A stretch of 64,000 bases of DNA from Bilabrum cf. latius (taxonomy: Eukaryota): the NCBI GenBank assembly GCA_965178125.1, contig OZ237750.1, positions 682,001 through 746,000 on the forward strand. The letters run 5' to 3'. The notes beneath the pieces are model-generated. The model searched no databases. It had not been told where the DNA came from and saw nothing but the letters and a program-made list of their open reading frames with translations. The stretch's first letter is position 1; each line of letters starts with the position of its first letter. Shown here one piece after another: positions 61,323-64,000 of this stretch. Both the position numbers and the translations under genes were made by a program.

Positions 61323-64000
61323 TTAAACGGAGTCTATAATATCCGGCCGAAGCCTATGCTTTGCCTTCACCAGTGCAGCCTCAAGCATCTGGAGCAGGTA
61401 ATTCACTGCCCCGGCCCTTGACCCGCGCTGCTCTTCTGTAGGACCGTTATCACGGTACAGCGACGACCAAGTCCCCTGCCTTCCGAGCGGAGGGATGTCG
61501 ATGAATTCGCTCGTCGAAGGCATGACGTTGTGCGAACTGTGACGATGGGTGTCCTAGCCATATGGCCCACTCGCCCGACCGCTTCCCCTAGAAACAGCGC
61601 GGGCCGCGCCAGACTAGGCCGCTGCCCCGCCAGCGCTGACCGTGTTACTGGGCATGGTTGAACCCACCACATCAGAGGCCACAGTCCTAGGCGAGTCAAT
61701 CTCACTCAATAGCTGTGGAAAATCCTCCATGCCCCCCATGGCCTTTCCTTGCCGCCTCCAACGAGTTTTGACTGCTTCAGCCAACTCCCGCATCCGTCGG
61801 GCCGCAGAACCGAACCGAAACCGAGCGAATTCTCGAGCGAGGCAATCCATGACTCTGTGCTGACGACCCAAGACCCCCTATTCGCCTATTGCTGCCGAAG
61901 TAGCGGGCTGAAGTGGATCAGACACGGCTGAGGCTCGCGCTTGGGCTCCGTCGGTGCCTCCCAGCCGGGCATGACTCTCACCTGCCGATGCCTCAGTCTA
62001 TCGCTGATTCATGCCAGCATGGAGAGCCCTCGATATATCTTCTGGGTTCAAAAACACCAGCAGGCTATCCTACTCCCCGAGGCCAGCCGTAGCACCCGCG
62101 GCGTGCAGGAGCGCGACTTTGTTCAGGCGGCCGGACAGCAAAGATGACTGTGCAATGGCGGTGGCCTCGTCAAGCGTTCCGCAGCAGGGAATCCATGAAA
62201 CGAGCCCGGAGACGGCGGGTGCAAACACTAGATCGTACATCAGCATCGCAAGAAGCATCAGCGGTGCGGTGAAGAGGAACGAGAAACCCTACGATATCCA
62301 GAACGTCCACATGACCGAGGAGATCACATCAGGACCATTTCTTGCTCCGAAATCGACAACAATGAAAAGGGCGCCAGCCGCAACCGTAGCGAGCACAAAT
62401 AACGTGCAGCCGGCAAAATAACTGAAATGCAAACAGCTTTTCTCCTATCCTTGCAGTGTCCCCAAGACGGCGGCATGCATGGCCTTGTCCTCAAAGATCT
62501 CTTCTAGAATCTCGTCCACCTCATCGACACTAGGAGCACCGGCTTCAGTGGCCCTGCGAATGCGTGTTGATCGCACTGCTTGGCTTGCTGAGCTGTCACT
62601 AGATGAATAAGCCGGGGGGGAGCCCGCTTCAGACTGGGCCTCGCTCTCAGACCTTGACCGGATCTCGGGGGCGAGTGCTGCCTCCAATTGCAGCCGGGGC
62701 ATATTACATACTGCCGCATACTACTGCGTGGATAGTGAACCGAGCCCCGCGCCGCTAACAGCTTTACCCTGGTCTTGGCCTGTCGCTGTGCCGCCACCAA
62801 CAGGCGTCTCGCCGGAGGTGCGAGGGAGAGAAGCATCGGTGGTTTCATAGCTGCCGGCATTGCCAAGGTGCTTACCCTCAGTAGCCCCCCCCGACGGGTC
62901 ACAGGTCTACCCGTCGGGGGGGGTAGATGTAGCCGGCGCTGCTGCCCCGGAGCTGCTTGGTGCGTCCATTCCTTTGCCAGATTCTGGGGTCGATTTGGAG
63001 TCCCCGGTTTCGGGGCTTGCAGGATCAGATCCTGACCCTGACTTGGCAATTGCGCCACCCTCAGTGGAACTTGTATCGTGGGCTGTCATGCTGCCGCCAC
63101 GTGCTGAACCTTTTCCGAGGTCAGGAAAACTCGCCCTGGTAACTCTGTCACCATCATCGCCATCGCCTGGCACACCTTCGTGGCTTCTATCAGACCCAAA
63201 CACATCAGCAGCAGGAGCCCTGGGACTCTCGATTGCAATGTCTTCTACGGCCGCGATGAGCCCGTCCTCGTCTGAGCTAGATGCAGAACCAGCGGCTGAG
63301 TTGTCGCGACCAGGTTGCCTCGCGCCAAGCCTACTTTTGTTCGGGAATCGATTAGCCAGTTTTGGTGTTGAATGTTCCCAGTCACTTAGTTTAGTCTTTG
63401 TCCTCCGTGCACTTCTTCCAGAGCGGCCAAATGCAGCCTACGGGTCTTCATCTTCGCTGCTTTGGGCGGAAGGCAGCATTATTCCACTTTCTTGCCAAGG
63501 GCCGGACATCCCAGCAGCTCCTCTAGTCACTTGTACCTCAGTAAGCTCCGAGTCAGGATCATCGCCGAGCTCCTCCTGTTCTCTGGCGAGATCCCTGGTG
63601 CCAAGCAGTTCGGGCTGCCTGATGGCGCACACGCACCTCAAGTCGTCCATGAGGCCCCAATCCCAGCAGTCACAAAGCAAGCACGATTCATGCCCCTAGA
63701 CTGCGTCTCTAGCAGGCACACGCGGTGCAATTGGTCTGTCATGTAGCACACTTCGAGGGGCTGGAGCTGGCCCAACTCTGCCAGAACCATGTTCCGAGTG
63801 CAATGGGACTTCATGGCTACTACTGCTCACACCCGTACCTGCAGGACCCAAATTATCAGTACAGGCCTGCATTCGAATAGAAGCAGCTCGAGTATCGCGT
63901 CGAATGTGACAGCATCCGTAAGGCCGTCCGTGCGCAGCAAACTGTTGCATCAAAAACAGATTGCGCTGACTTGGGAGCCGGTTACAGCAGCAAACCAGGC
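61323..64000 (-). CDS. 3' part of a large membrane protein (possibly polycystin-like TM region), 5'-truncated
   Basis: Frame is open from the window end to TAA 61323 with 11 TAG (63696, 63438, 62907, 62721, 62445, 62289, 62070, 61998, 61878, 61614, 61554). TM helices at about 62170-62430. The family call is weak. Confidence 0.7.

Noticed and set aside
1-64000. Pyrrolysine or selenocysteine recoding
   Set aside because: The context is eukaryotic, no pyl genes are present, TAG density is far too high, the sites align with Gln, and no internal TGA was found.

Overview
Gene-dense, GC-rich nuclear DNA from a flagellated eukaryote. It has short GT-AG introns and an axonemal dynein, and the gene content and style suggest a heterotrophic protist, possibly a stramenopile such as a bicosoecid (inference, not proven). 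The main result is a non-standard nuclear genetic code. The fragmented ORF track resolves into about 19 mostly single-frame genes once TAG is read as a sense codon. I counted roughly 90 in-frame TAG codons and no in-frame TAA or TGA inside these gene bodies. The genes end at TGA (mostly) or TAA. TAG falls at positions where homologues have Gln, most clearly the LQP motif of the sphingolipid desaturase, so the code is UAG=Gln with UAA and UGA kept as stops. Genes recovered: FIG4-like SAC phosphatase, kelch/EGF membrane protein, Gig2/PARP-fold ADP-ribosyltransferase, EF-hand protein, DNAH6-like dynein heavy chain, DES1 desaturase, two inverted Reeler-DOMON-cytochrome b561 paralogues, an NZF-RBR E3 ligase, a DUF6010-like membrane protein, adenylosuccinate synthetase, an F-box multipass membrane protein and several hypothetical proteins. 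I recognised no tRNA, rRNA, CRISPR array or mobile element.
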